Shown one piece after another: positions 29,002 to 38,028 of a DNA stretch of 64,000 bases. The position numbers and the translations under genes are program-made. The stretch comes from Ferrovibrio sp. (GTDB lineage: Bacteria; Pseudomonadota; Alphaproteobacteria; Ferrovibrionales; Ferrovibrionaceae). The stretch's first letter is position 1. The number at the start of each line of letters is the position of its first letter. The stretch spans positions 2,739-66,738 of the forward strand of contig JBKBJT010000015.1 of NCBI GenBank assembly GCA_046294345.1. The letters are read 5' to 3'. The notes beneath the pieces were generated by a model. The model was not told the DNA's origin. It did not search any database and saw only the letters and a list, made by a program, of their open reading frames with translations.

Positions 29002-29541
29002 ATGGTATGGACGGACGAGAAGGTTAAACTTCTGGTTCAATTGTGGGAATCCGGCCAGTCGATCACCCAGATCGGCAAAGCGCTGGGCATGACCCGCAAC
29101 GCCGTGGTCGGCAAGGCCCACCGCATCGGCCTGGCCAAGCGCGCTTCGCCGATCATGCGGAGCGACAAGCCGGCGCAGCCGCGACCGGCCGCCAGCCATG
29201 CCGGCCCACCAGGGGGACATGCCCCCGCGGCACTGCGCGCCCCGGCCCAGCCGAAGGCTGAACGAGCCCCGGCGGCCGAAGGCTCGGACGGCGGCCCGGT
29301 GGCCGGCACCGGCTCGGGTTCGGGACAGCAGCTGACGGCTGCGATGCTGGCGGCATTGACGCCCAGCAGCGGCCCGCGCTGCAAATGGCCGATCGGCGAT
29401 CCCAAAAGCGCCGAGTTCGATTTCTGCAGCCACGTCGCGCTGCCGGGCAAGCCTTACTGCGCCCAGCATTGCGCCATGGCTTATACGAACTGGAATCCGG
29501 AGAGCGCCGTCGAGGCCGTGAAGGCGGTCAACGCCGCCTGA
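29002..29541 (+). CDS. gcrA: GcrA cell-cycle regulator
   Basis: WTDEKVKLLVQLWESGQSITQIGKALGMTRNAVVGKAHRIGL; C-terminal CKWPIGDP..FDFC...PYCAQHCAMAY. Confidence 0.93.
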   Translation: MVWTDEKVKLLVQLWESGQSITQIGKALGMTRNAVVGKAHRIGLAKRASPIMRSDKPAQPRPAASHAGPPGGHAPAALRAPAQPKAERAPAAEGSDGGPVAGTGSGSGQQLTAAMLAALTPSSGPRCKWPIGDPKSAEFDFCSHVALPGKPYCAQHCAMAYTNWNPESAVEAVKAVNAA

Positions 29542-29565
29542 TACGACCAAGACGTTCCGGATTTC

Positions 29566-29601
29566 AAAAAGCCCGGCGGATGTCATTCCGCCGGGCTTTT
29601 T
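29566..29601. terminator. bidirectional rho-independent terminator
   Basis: AAAAAGCCCGGCGGA-tgtcat-TCCGCCGGGCTTTTT between convergent genes. Confidence 0.88.
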
Positions 29602-30108
29602 CTATGTGGCGATCTTTTCCTGCTCCGGTCGCGAACTTTTGCCGACCCTTCTCGCCTGGGCAAGACACAGCGTCGACGCAAAGTGGCGCCACTCCCTTAC
29701 GACAAAGCGACCCAGTATGATCAGGAACCCGACGGCGACAGTATCGAGCACCACGAAGGGCGGCTCCTGGGCCAACAGCGGGCCATCAGAAACGGCATGT
29801 ATCAGCACCGAGACGACACCGCCGGCCGCGTAGATCGCCACGCCGACCAGATGCAGGCGGCAGAGGCTGGCGCCCAGGATGCCCAGTCCGACCGCCAATT
29901 GCAGGCCAGCTGCCGTCAGACCACGCCCCGGCGGGAGCGCTTCCAAGAAAATTATAACGCATATCCCAAGATACAGCCCGATGGCGAACATGCTGGCACC
30001 GTGCCAGAGAAGCGAGAGGCGCCGGCTGAATACCGACGCCGCCACGCCCGCGATCAAGCCGGCCAGCACCAGGCCCCAGTTCGCCGAGTACCATAACTCG
30101 GCCAGCAT
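29602..30108 (-). CDS. hypothetical integral membrane protein
   Basis: About 5 hydrophobic segments; 7 nt downstream of the mipA-like stop. Confidence 0.65.
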   Translation of the reverse strand: MLAELWYSANWGLVLAGLIAGVAASVFSRRLSLLWHGASMFAIGLYLGICVIIFLEALPPGRGLTAAGLQLAVGLGILGASLCRLHLVGVAIYAAGGVVSVLIHAVSDGPLLAQEPPFVVLDTVAVGFLIILGRFVVREWRHFASTLCLAQARRVGKSSRPEQEKIAT

Positions 30109-30115
30109 GACGGCC

Positions 30116-30982
30116 TCAGAACTTGTAACTGAGGAACAGACCGGTCATCAGCTGATCCGGCGAACCGCGATCTTCCACCAGCGGGCTGTCGGCCGCATCG
30201 CCCAGCAGGCGCTTGTAGCCCAGCCGCCCGGTCAGCCCCCAATGCTGCGTGAGGCTGTAATCTAGATCGAGCGTCAGGCCGACATCCTTGATCCCGCCTT
30301 CGGCCTGAAACCGGCGCATGCCGCTGCGCTGGGATTGCAATGCCGTCACGCCGAAGAAGGTTTCGGTGTAATCGTCACTGGCCCAGGTGGTTGAAAGCTC
30401 GGCCCGCGCACGCAGCTTTGGTCCGAAGCTGTGGCGATAGCCGCCGGCAAACTTGGCCGTCAGCCCATCATGGGCACTGCTGACATCCTGGAACACCGTC
30501 ACACCTGCCGACCATGGCCCGGCGCTGTAATTCAGGAATGCACCAAGCTCGGCCCCGGAATCGATATCGCCCATGCCGCGCAGATCGTCGTTGTCGTCCT
30601 CGTCGCGGCCCATCTGGTAGCGCACCAGCGGGCCGAGCTGCAGTTTGTCGGTCGGGCGCGGTCCCTGCCAGGTGAAGGCATTGACGCCCAGGCTGGGTCC
30701 ACGCAGGAAGACCAGGTCCCTGTAACTGATCGAGATCAAGGGCAAAGGCGCTACTTCATAATCGTCGCTGCCCTCGTAATCCGGCTGATAGAGCGCGCCC
30801 GCCCCAAGCCGGATATCCCAATCCTTCTCGCCAACCGCCGAACCCTGCGAAGCGGTCGCGGATTTGCTCACCGGCTGCTGGGCCTGGGCCACGACCGGCG
30901 GAACCAGAACAAGGCCTGCCACAATGGCAAAGGGTTGCAAAACACTGAAGGAATAAGACGTTTTCATGATTGGACCACTCAT
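30116..30982 (-). CDS. MipA/OmpV family outer-membrane protein
   Basis: Signal peptide, PDYEGSDDY..PLP, LRGMGDID, YTETFFGVT, RLLGDAADSPLV, terminal aromatic SYKF. Confidence 0.88.
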   Translation of the reverse strand: MSGPIMKTSYSFSVLQPFAIVAGLVLVPPVVAQAQQPVSKSATASQGSAVGEKDWDIRLGAGALYQPDYEGSDDYEVAPLPLISISYRDLVFLRGPSLGVNAFTWQGPRPTDKLQLGPLVRYQMGRDEDDNDDLRGMGDIDSGAELGAFLNYSAGPWSAGVTVFQDVSSAHDGLTAKFAGGYRHSFGPKLRARAELSTTWASDDYTETFFGVTALQSQRSGMRRFQAEGGIKDVGLTLDLDYSLTQHWGLTGRLGYKRLLGDAADSPLVEDRGSPDQLMTGLFLSYKF

Positions 30983-31137
30983 TTTTCATCGAGTCAGGGG
31001 AGGAAACGCCGCCACCCTACACGGCTGGCAGGCCCGGTTCGTGTCGTCGTCGTATCGATATATTTCAGTTTGTTGCAAAAATCCGGGTTGGCGCCCGGAT
31101 TCTATTACTATGGCGCAAACATGACCGGAGACGTGCT

Positions 31138-31875
31138 TTGACTGCCCCAGCCAACATTCATGTGCTGATCGTGGACGACGACCATCGCATTCGCGCCATG
31201 CTGGCGCGCTTCCTGGCCGATCATGGCCTGCGGGTCAGCCAGGCCGGCGATGGCCGGCAAATGTTCGCCATCTGCGAAGACAGCCGGATCGACGTGATCG
31301 TGCTCGACATCATGATGCCGGGCGAAGACGGCCTGTCGCTCTGCCGCCGCATGCGCGCACAAAGCGCCGTGCCGATTATCCTCCTGACGGCGATGACGGG
31401 CGATACTGATCGCATCATCGGCCTTGAGATCGGCGCGGACGATTATGTGGTCAAACCGTTCAACCCGCGCGAGCTGCTGGCCCGCATCCGCGCCGTCACC
31501 CGGCGCCTGGGTGCCAGCAGCATCAACGCCAAACGTGCGGTGGCCTGTTATGAATTCGGCGGATGGCAACTCAATGCCAGCCGACGGACGCTGACCTCAC
31601 CCGACAAAACCCTGACCGAGCTCACCAGCGGCGAGTTTGATCTGCTGCTGGCCTTCCTGGAACATCCCCAGCGGGTGCTGAGCCGGGACCAGTTGCTCGA
31701 CCTTGCCCATGGTCGCGCCAACCAGGCCTATGACCGCAGCATCGATGTGCAGATCAGCCGCCTGCGCCGCAAGATCGAGACCGATCCCCAGGACCCGGCC
31801 TTCATAAAAACCATCCGCAACGAGGGGTATTTCTTCACGGCCGCGGTAACCCCAGTCGAGGACGCCGCGGTATGA
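31138..31875 (+). CDS. OmpR family response regulator
   Basis: LIVDDD, VLDIMMPGEDG, GLEIGADDYVVKPFNPRELLAR, DRSIDVQISRLRRKIE; TTG start after GGAG. Confidence 0.9.
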   Translation: MTAPANIHVLIVDDDHRIRAMLARFLADHGLRVSQAGDGRQMFAICEDSRIDVIVLDIMMPGEDGLSLCRRMRAQSAVPIILLTAMTGDTDRIIGLEIGADDYVVKPFNPRELLARIRAVTRRLGASSINAKRAVACYEFGGWQLNASRRTLTSPDKTLTELTSGEFDLLLAFLEHPQRVLSRDQLLDLAHGRANQAYDRSIDVQISRLRRKIETDPQDPAFIKTIRNEGYFFTAAVTPVEDAAV

Positions 31876-33293
31876 TCATCCCGTTCTGGTCCCGGCTGCG
31901 CCTGGCGCCGCGCATCGTGTTGGTCATCATCGGTGCCCTGCTGGCAATGAAGGCCGTGGACAAGACCATGCCGCTGGTGATCCGCCCGCCCGAAGCCATG
32001 TTCTTCGATCGCGACTGGCTGCTGGCCACCCTGCAGGACATCCGCGACCGCAGCGTTACGGTGCCGGCCGCCGAACGGCCGGCGCTGCTGCGGGATCTTC
32101 CAGCGCGGCAATGGCTGGATATAACGCTGCTGACCAGTCCACCGAATTTCCGTCATTCCGAGCGCGAAGGCGGGTTCACCGACCTCCACCGGCGGATCAC
32201 CGACCGGCTCGGCCTGGCGCCACAGGATGTGCTGCTGAAGGCGGACGAGCCGGACGATCCCGAATATTCCCCGCGCCCGCTCGTCATCATCCTGCCGCCG
32301 CTGCCAACGGTTATCATGGATGTCTTCGATGACCGAAGTGCCAACATGCTGAGCAGCGATCTGCGCATCGCCTTCCGCATCGGCCCCGAGGACTGGCTAC
32401 TGGTGACACCAAAAAGCGACGGCCAGGAGATCGTGCGCATGATCCGCAATGTGGCACTGCCGCTGTTGGCCGTGGTGCTGATCGGCCTGCTGTCGGTCTG
32501 GGTGGCGCGCGGCATCGTCAAGCCGCTGGATGACCTGGCGGAAGCCGCCGAGAAGCTGGGTCGCGACCGCGAGCCCCGGCTGGTCGGCAATTTCAATGCG
32601 CCGGAGCTTCAGGCCATCGGCAATTCATTCAACGCCATGCAACTGCGGCTGAAGCGGTTTGTGGACGACAGGCTGCAGATGATCGCGGCGATCAGTCATG
32701 ACCTGCGCACGCCACTCACCCGTCTTCGCCTGTTTGCGGAATACCTTCCCGATCCCGACCAGCGCCGGCAGGTGATGTCCGATATCGCCGAGATGGAGGC
32801 GATGATGAGCGCGACACTCACCTTCGCCAGCACCCAGCTGAAGGACGAACCCCGCAGTCCCAGCGATCTGGCCGCCATGCTGATCAGCCTGTGCGATACC
32901 GCCGCCGATGCGGGCTGCATGGTCGCCTACGAGGGGCCGGATCACGCCCGGCTGGTCTATCGGCCAGTCGCCATGCGGCGCGCCTTCGCCAACCTGATCG
33001 ACAATGGCTGCAAATTCGGCAGCCATGTCTGGGTGCGCCTGCAGGAAACCCCGGATGTCTTCGTCATTACGATCAGCGACGACGGCCCCGGCATTCCATC
33101 GGACCAGTTCGAGAACGCCTTCCGGCCTTTCGTGCGGCTGGAATCGTCGCGCAACCGCGATACAGGTGGCACCGGCCTGGGCCTGACCATCGCCCAGGAC
33201 ATCATCCTGACCCATGACGGCGATATCATGCTTTCGGCGGCACCGGATACAAATGGCCTGCTGGTGACCGTGACGCTGCCGCGACAGGGATAG
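31872..33293 (+). CDS. HAMP-domain sensor histidine kinase (EnvZ-like)
   Basis: Two TM segments, HAMP, AISHDLRTPLTRL, NLIDNG, DDGPGI, GTGLGLTI; ATGA overlap with regulator. Confidence 0.92.
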   Translation: MIIPFWSRLRLAPRIVLVIIGALLAMKAVDKTMPLVIRPPEAMFFDRDWLLATLQDIRDRSVTVPAAERPALLRDLPARQWLDITLLTSPPNFRHSEREGGFTDLHRRITDRLGLAPQDVLLKADEPDDPEYSPRPLVIILPPLPTVIMDVFDDRSANMLSSDLRIAFRIGPEDWLLVTPKSDGQEIVRMIRNVALPLLAVVLIGLLSVWVARGIVKPLDDLAEAAEKLGRDREPRLVGNFNAPELQAIGNSFNAMQLRLKRFVDDRLQMIAAISHDLRTPLTRLRLFAEYLPDPDQRRQVMSDIAEMEAMMSATLTFASTQLKDEPRSPSDLAAMLISLCDTAADAGCMVAYEGPDHARLVYRPVAMRRAFANLIDNGCKFGSHVWVRLQETPDVFVITISDDGPGIPSDQFENAFRPFVRLESSRNRDTGGTGLGLTIAQDIILTHDGDIMLSAAPDTNGLLVTVTLPRQG

Positions 33294-33308
33294 GTGCGTA
33301 GCTGCCGG

Positions 33309-34172
33309 TCAGTCTTCCAGCAGCCGCTTGGGATGCAGGCCGTTCACGAAGCCCATGAAGGGCGGATGGATGCTGTAGCCCAGCATGCGGCGCACATGCT
33401 CGCTGCACTGTTTCACCCGCTCGCGCGAAACCGACAGGCTAAAATTCTCCTGCTGCCGGCACCAGGGCGCGCAGTATTGGGCCGTGACGCAGAGCCGGCC
33501 GGCCGCCGAGCGGTTGGCGCCGCCGCCATGCCATGTCGTGCCGAGGAACAGCAGAACCGAGCCTTTCGGCATCACCGCCGGGATCGCCCTGGCCAGAGCG
33601 GCATCATCCGGCGCGCGGTCGGGCCACAGATGGCTGCCGGGCAGCAGCACCGTAGCACCGTTCTCGGCGGTAAAATCGTCGATGGCCATGATCGTGGCCG
33701 CGCCAAGGGCCGGACGCGGGCGCGGCCAGGGATAAAACGCATCGTCGTGATGCAGCGGCTGCGCCGCCTCACCCGGCAGGATATTGATCGCCTGCAGCTG
33801 CGACAGCAGGTAGTTCGGTTCCAGCACGCGGTCCAGCAGGGCGAGTATGAGCGGATGCTCGACCAGCGGATTGCAGATGAAGGTCTTTTCGATCACGGCA
33901 TAGAGCCGCTGGGTGCCGAAGCCCTCGAAATTGTTGCGGCCCAGATGTTTGCCGAACAGCGGCATCAGCTCGGCGCGGATCGCCTCGACATCGTCATCTG
34001 AAAACAGCTGCGGCAGGATCACATAGCCATCGCGCTGCAAGGCGGCGAACAGCGCATCGACCAGGGCTGGATCGGTCTGTTCCTGGCTGCCGGCGGTGGA
34101 TCGGTATTTGCGCGCCAGTTCGGCACGGAAATACTCCTGCATGTCGCGGACGACTGTCACCGTGTCGGTCAT
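33309..34172 (-). CDS. phytanoyl-CoA dioxygenase family protein
   Basis: LQRDGYVIL, QPLHHDD, DDFTAENGAT..PGSH, WHGGGAN, RQQEN. Confidence 0.85.
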   Translation of the reverse strand: MTDTVTVVRDMQEYFRAELARKYRSTAGSQEQTDPALVDALFAALQRDGYVILPQLFSDDDVEAIRAELMPLFGKHLGRNNFEGFGTQRLYAVIEKTFICNPLVEHPLILALLDRVLEPNYLLSQLQAINILPGEAAQPLHHDDAFYPWPRPRPALGAATIMAIDDFTAENGATVLLPGSHLWPDRAPDDAALARAIPAVMPKGSVLLFLGTTWHGGGANRSAAGRLCVTAQYCAPWCRQQENFSLSVSRERVKQCSEHVRRMLGYSIHPPFMGFVNGLHPKRLLED

Positions 34173-34252
34173 GGCGTTTCCTCCCGACGCTTACGATGCG
34201 CGCCTCGCGTCATCGGCGCAAATCAAATCCCGGCGACAGGTCCGCAACGCAA

Positions 34253-34282
34253 ATGGCCGGGATGGTTGCCCAGCCCGGCCAT
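34253..34282. terminator. GC-rich hairpin after the acyl-CoA dehydrogenase pair (REP-like stem)
   Basis: ATGGCCGGG...CCCGGCCAT stem, same stem sequence as the REP at about 3604-3626; short T run on the minus strand. Confidence 0.5.
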
Positions 34283-34317
34283 CGCGGAAGAACCTGCACC
34301 GATATCAGTCGCTTAGA

Positions 34318-35445
34318 TCAATCGCTGAGAGCGGCGAAGCGGCGCTGATGATGGTCGGCGTGACCGAACATCGTGTCGATGGTCATCAGCCGCTTCATGT
34401 AATGGCCGACATTCAGTTCGTCGGTCATGCCCATGCCGCCATGCAGCTGCACGGCCTGCTGACCGACGAAACGGCCCGAGCGGCCGGTCTGCACCTTGGC
34501 GGCGGCGGCGGCCTTGGCGCGTTCCTTCGCCGGTGCATCCATCTTCAGGTTGGCCAGCAACGACAGCGACCGGGCGCTTTCCAGCTGCATCATCATGTCC
34601 ACCAGGCGATGCTGGATCACCTGGAATTCGCCGATGGCGCGGCCGAACTGCTTGCGCGTCTTGGCATAGGCCAGCGTGGTTTCGTGCAGCGCGGCCATGG
34701 CGCCCACAGCTTCGGCGGCCAGATAGCCGATGGCCTGGTCGACCACCTTCTCCACCGCCGGCAGCGCGCCAGCCGGATCGCCCAGCACGGCCAGAACCGG
34801 CGCCTTCTCGAAGGCGATGTCGGACGCGCGGCCGTTATCGACGGTGCGGTAATCCTGCCGCGACACACCGGCGCCGTTGGCATCGACCACGAAGAGGCCC
34901 AGACCCTTTTCGTCGGCATCGCCGCCCGCCGTGCGCGCCAGCACGATCAGCTTGTTCGCGCTGGGCGCATCGCGCACCACGATCTTCTTGCCGCTGATGG
35001 CCCAGCCGCTGCCGTCCTTCACGGCCTTGGTGCGCACTTCATTGAGCGCGAAGCGGCCGCCATGCTCAGCGAAGGCAAAGGCCCATTTCTGTTTGCCCTC
35101 GGCGATCTGCGGCAAGTATTCGGCCTGCTGCTTGGCGTCGCCGGCTGCCATGACCAGGCCGGCACCCAGGATCACGGTGGAGAAATACGGCTCGGCCACC
35201 AGATGGCGGCCGAAACGTTCGGCCAGCAGCATGGTATCGACGCTGCCGCCGCCCAAGCCGCCATGATCCTCGGGCAGCGGGATACACAGCCAGCCCAGTT
35301 CGGCCATGGTCTGCCAGTTCTCTTCCGCATAGCCCAGATCGGTCTTCACCAGTTTGCGCCAGCGGTCGAAATCGTATTTGTCCTGCAGCCAGCTTTCCAC
35401 GCTGTCGGCCAGCAGCTTCTGTTCTTCGGACAGATTGAAATCCAT
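34318..35445 (-). CDS. acyl-CoA dehydrogenase (PimD-like small subunit)
   Basis: MDFNLSEEQ, RKQFGRAIGEFQVIQHRLVDM, VQLHGGMGMTDE, FGHADHH. Confidence 0.88.
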   Translation of the reverse strand: MDFNLSEEQKLLADSVESWLQDKYDFDRWRKLVKTDLGYAEENWQTMAELGWLCIPLPEDHGGLGGGSVDTMLLAERFGRHLVAEPYFSTVILGAGLVMAAGDAKQQAEYLPQIAEGKQKWAFAFAEHGGRFALNEVRTKAVKDGSGWAISGKKIVVRDAPSANKLIVLARTAGGDADEKGLGLFVVDANGAGVSRQDYRTVDNGRASDIAFEKAPVLAVLGDPAGALPAVEKVVDQAIGYLAAEAVGAMAALHETTLAYAKTRKQFGRAIGEFQVIQHRLVDMMMQLESARSLSLLANLKMDAPAKERAKAAAAAKVQTGRSGRFVGQQAVQLHGGMGMTDELNVGHYMKRLMTIDTMFGHADHHQRRFAALSD

Positions 35446-35481
35446 TGTCTCGTTCTTCCCTGCTTCAGAATTCCGTTTGCG

Positions 35482-36672
35482 TTACAAGCCCAGCACCATC
35501 TTGGCGATGATGTTGCGCTGAATCTCGTTTGAGCCGCCATAGATCGTGGTGGCGCGGTTATAGAGGAAGGCTTCCATGCGGCCCTGCGCGTAATCGGGGC
35601 CGACGGGCGGCTGGTTGGAGCCATCCGGCCGGTGTTCGTAGGGATTGGCGTAGTAACCCAGCGCCTCGCAGGCCAGTTCCGTGATGGTCTGCTGAATCTC
35701 CGAACCGCGGATTTTCAGCATGCTGGCTTCCGGCCCCACGCCCTTGCCCGCCGTCTCGGCCGCCAGCACACGCAGGTTGGTGTATTCCAGTGCCATCAGT
35801 TCGATCTCGACGGCGGCCACCTTGGCGCGGAAGCTGGCTTCCTCGATCAACGGGGCCCCGAAAGCCTGTTCGGCACGGGCGATTTCCTTAAGGCGGCGCA
35901 GGCGCTGCTTGGAGGTCGAGACTTCGGCGATGGTGGTACGCTCGTTACCCAGCAGGAACTTAGCATAGGTCCAGCCCTTGCCTTCCTTGCCGATCAGATT
36001 GCTCTTGGGCACACGCACATTGTCGAGGAACACCTCGTTCACACCATGGCCTTCATCGATGGAGATGATCGGCCGCACGGTGATGCCGGGCGTGTTCATG
36101 TCGATCAGCAGGAAGGAAATACCCTCCTGCGGCTTGGCGTTCGGATCGGTGCGCACCAAGCAGAACATCATGTTCGCGTAATGCGCCTGGGTGGTCCAGA
36201 TCTTGTGGCCATTAACCACGTAATGGTCGCCGTCGCTTTCGGCCTTGGTGCGCAGGCTGGCGAGATCGGAACCTGAACCCGGTTCGGAATAGCCCTGGCA
36301 CCACCAGTCGTCCATATTGAGGATGCGCGGCAGGTAGCGCTTCTTCTGTTCCTCGGTGCCAAAGGTGTAGATCACCGGCCCCACCATGGCGATGCCGAAG
36401 GGCAGCAAAGGCGGCGCATCGGCGGCGGCGCATTCCTCGTCGAAGATATAGCGCTGGATCAGCGTCCAGCCCGGACCGCCATATTCCTTGGGCCAGCCTG
36501 GCGCGCCCCAGCCGCGCTGGTTGAGTATGCGGTGCCAGGTGACGAAATCCTCGCGGCCCAGATGGGTCATGCGGCGGGTCTTCTCGGCCAGCGCTGGCGG
36601 CAGGCTGTCGCGGATGAAGCCGCGCACCTCTTCCCGGAAAGCGCGTTCCTCGGCCGTGAATTCGAGATCCAT
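35482..36672 (-). CDS. acyl-CoA dehydrogenase (PimC-like large subunit)
   Basis: WCQGYSEPGSGSDLASL, NGHKIWTT, GWTYAKFLLGNER, TIYGGSNEIQRNII. Confidence 0.9.
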   Translation of the reverse strand: MDLEFTAEERAFREEVRGFIRDSLPPALAEKTRRMTHLGREDFVTWHRILNQRGWGAPGWPKEYGGPGWTLIQRYIFDEECAAADAPPLLPFGIAMVGPVIYTFGTEEQKKRYLPRILNMDDWWCQGYSEPGSGSDLASLRTKAESDGDHYVVNGHKIWTTQAHYANMMFCLVRTDPNAKPQEGISFLLIDMNTPGITVRPIISIDEGHGVNEVFLDNVRVPKSNLIGKEGKGWTYAKFLLGNERTTIAEVSTSKQRLRRLKEIARAEQAFGAPLIEEASFRAKVAAVEIELMALEYTNLRVLAAETAGKGVGPEASMLKIRGSEIQQTITELACEALGYYANPYEHRPDGSNQPPVGPDYAQGRMEAFLYNRATTIYGGSNEIQRNIIAKMVLGL

Positions 36673-36824
36673 GGCGTTTCTCTCCCTCAAATCGGGCAAG
36701 AGGTTAGGACCGGCATTCGCGCTGCGCAAGCTGTGACGCAGGGTAAACCCCGCAGGAAGGCTTGCATGGACTCGACCTCTCCTGCTCAATCGCAGCGCAT
36801 GCATACAAAACGGACAGATTCGCG

Positions 36825-37241
36825 ATGACTTTCGATCCCGCCGCCGCCGGCTGGAAACAGCGCCACGGCCAGGGCCCCTTCACCCAGATCGTCGGTCCGG
36901 TCTGGGTCCGCCGCGAGGACGACGGCAGCTCGACCTACGGCCTGCTGGCCGAGGAGCGCCACACCAATTCGCGCGGGGTGGTGCATGGCGGCATGCTGAT
37001 GACCTTTGCCGACCATATGCTGGGCTGGCTGGTCTGGGATGCTGTCGAACGCCGGGCCTGCGCCACCATTTCGCTGAACAACCAGTTCATCGGCGCGGTG
37101 AAGCCCGGCGACTGGATGGAAATGCGCGGCCGCATCGTGCGCCAGACCCGCAGCATCATCTTCGTGCAGGGCGAAGCCAAAGTCGGCGAGCGCGTGGTGC
37201 TCGCCGCCGAAGGCATCTGGAAGGTGCTGGGCGTCGACTAA
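36825..37241 (+). CDS. PaaI family thioesterase (hot-dog fold)
   Basis: HTNSRGVVHGGMLMTFAD, ATISLNNQF. Confidence 0.88.
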   Translation: MTFDPAAAGWKQRHGQGPFTQIVGPVWVRREDDGSSTYGLLAEERHTNSRGVVHGGMLMTFADHMLGWLVWDAVERRACATISLNNQFIGAVKPGDWMEMRGRIVRQTRSIIFVQGEAKVGERVVLAAEGIWKVLGVD

Positions 37242-37242
37242 A

Positions 37243-37938
37243 TTACTTATTCCGCAACTTACCCCAGCCTTCGAGCATCAAACCCAAACCATTGATTGAC
37301 GACAAGACTGCGGTTTCAGGAGGAATTCCAATGGGAATGCCGCCTACAAACAACCCTCCTGTTGCCATAAGGATATCCGCACCACCGATACCAACCCCTC
37401 GGAGCATTTTCCCCGCCCCCTCCATCCAAGGCTTTCGCTCCGGCTTAGGTTTTTCACCCAAGGCCATTTGCTTTAACTGCTGCTCGAGTTCGATCACTTT
37501 TATTTTTAAGGAACCTATTTCTTTATCTTTATTAAGATCACGAATTTTGTCGAAGGCCGCGTTAAACTCTGCCTTCACACTATCACTACCCATTTGCATC
37601 ATGATTCTTGATTCAATAATCGGCAAATCGTCTGCCCCTACTGCATCAGGCAAAAGCGGAATACACCGATCAAACACTTCGAAAGCACCTGACTCCTCTA
37701 ACAATTCGCGGTTCTCTCTTATAATTGTCAATACTTCATCCATCGACTGTTGATTCGGTTCTCCAATTTTTCGATGAGCCGAAGCATTTCTAAGAGCCGC
37801 AGCTAAATCACCTGCTTTTTTATAATTTTCGTCAAAAGCTTTCCGCAATGCAGGATTCGATCTAATTCGATTAGCGATATACTCACGAAACATCTCGTCT
37901 AGCAAAATCCAGTATTGATGCTTATCCATATCCGACAT
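37243..37938 (-). CDS. AT-rich orphan hypothetical protein (likely horizontally acquired)
   Basis: 231-aa open frame in DNA of roughly 40-45% GC (by eye); AGGGAGG RBS; helical N-terminus, coiled coil, Gly-rich hydrophobic C-terminus. Confidence 0.75.
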   Translation of the reverse strand: MSDMDKHQYWILLDEMFREYIANRIRSNPALRKAFDENYKKAGDLAAALRNASAHRKIGEPNQQSMDEVLTIIRENRELLEESGAFEVFDRCIPLLPDAVGADDLPIIESRIMMQMGSDSVKAEFNAAFDKIRDLNKDKEIGSLKIKVIELEQQLKQMALGEKPKPERKPWMEGAGKMLRGVGIGGADILMATGGLFVGGIPIGIPPETAVLSSINGLGLMLEGWGKLRNK

Positions 37939-38028
37939 AGCGCCCTCCCTAGCTAACCAAGCTTGATGATATAATGAGGGCGAAAATTCAGCATCAGCAA
38001 TTTAATCGAATGAAGAATACTAAAGCAT

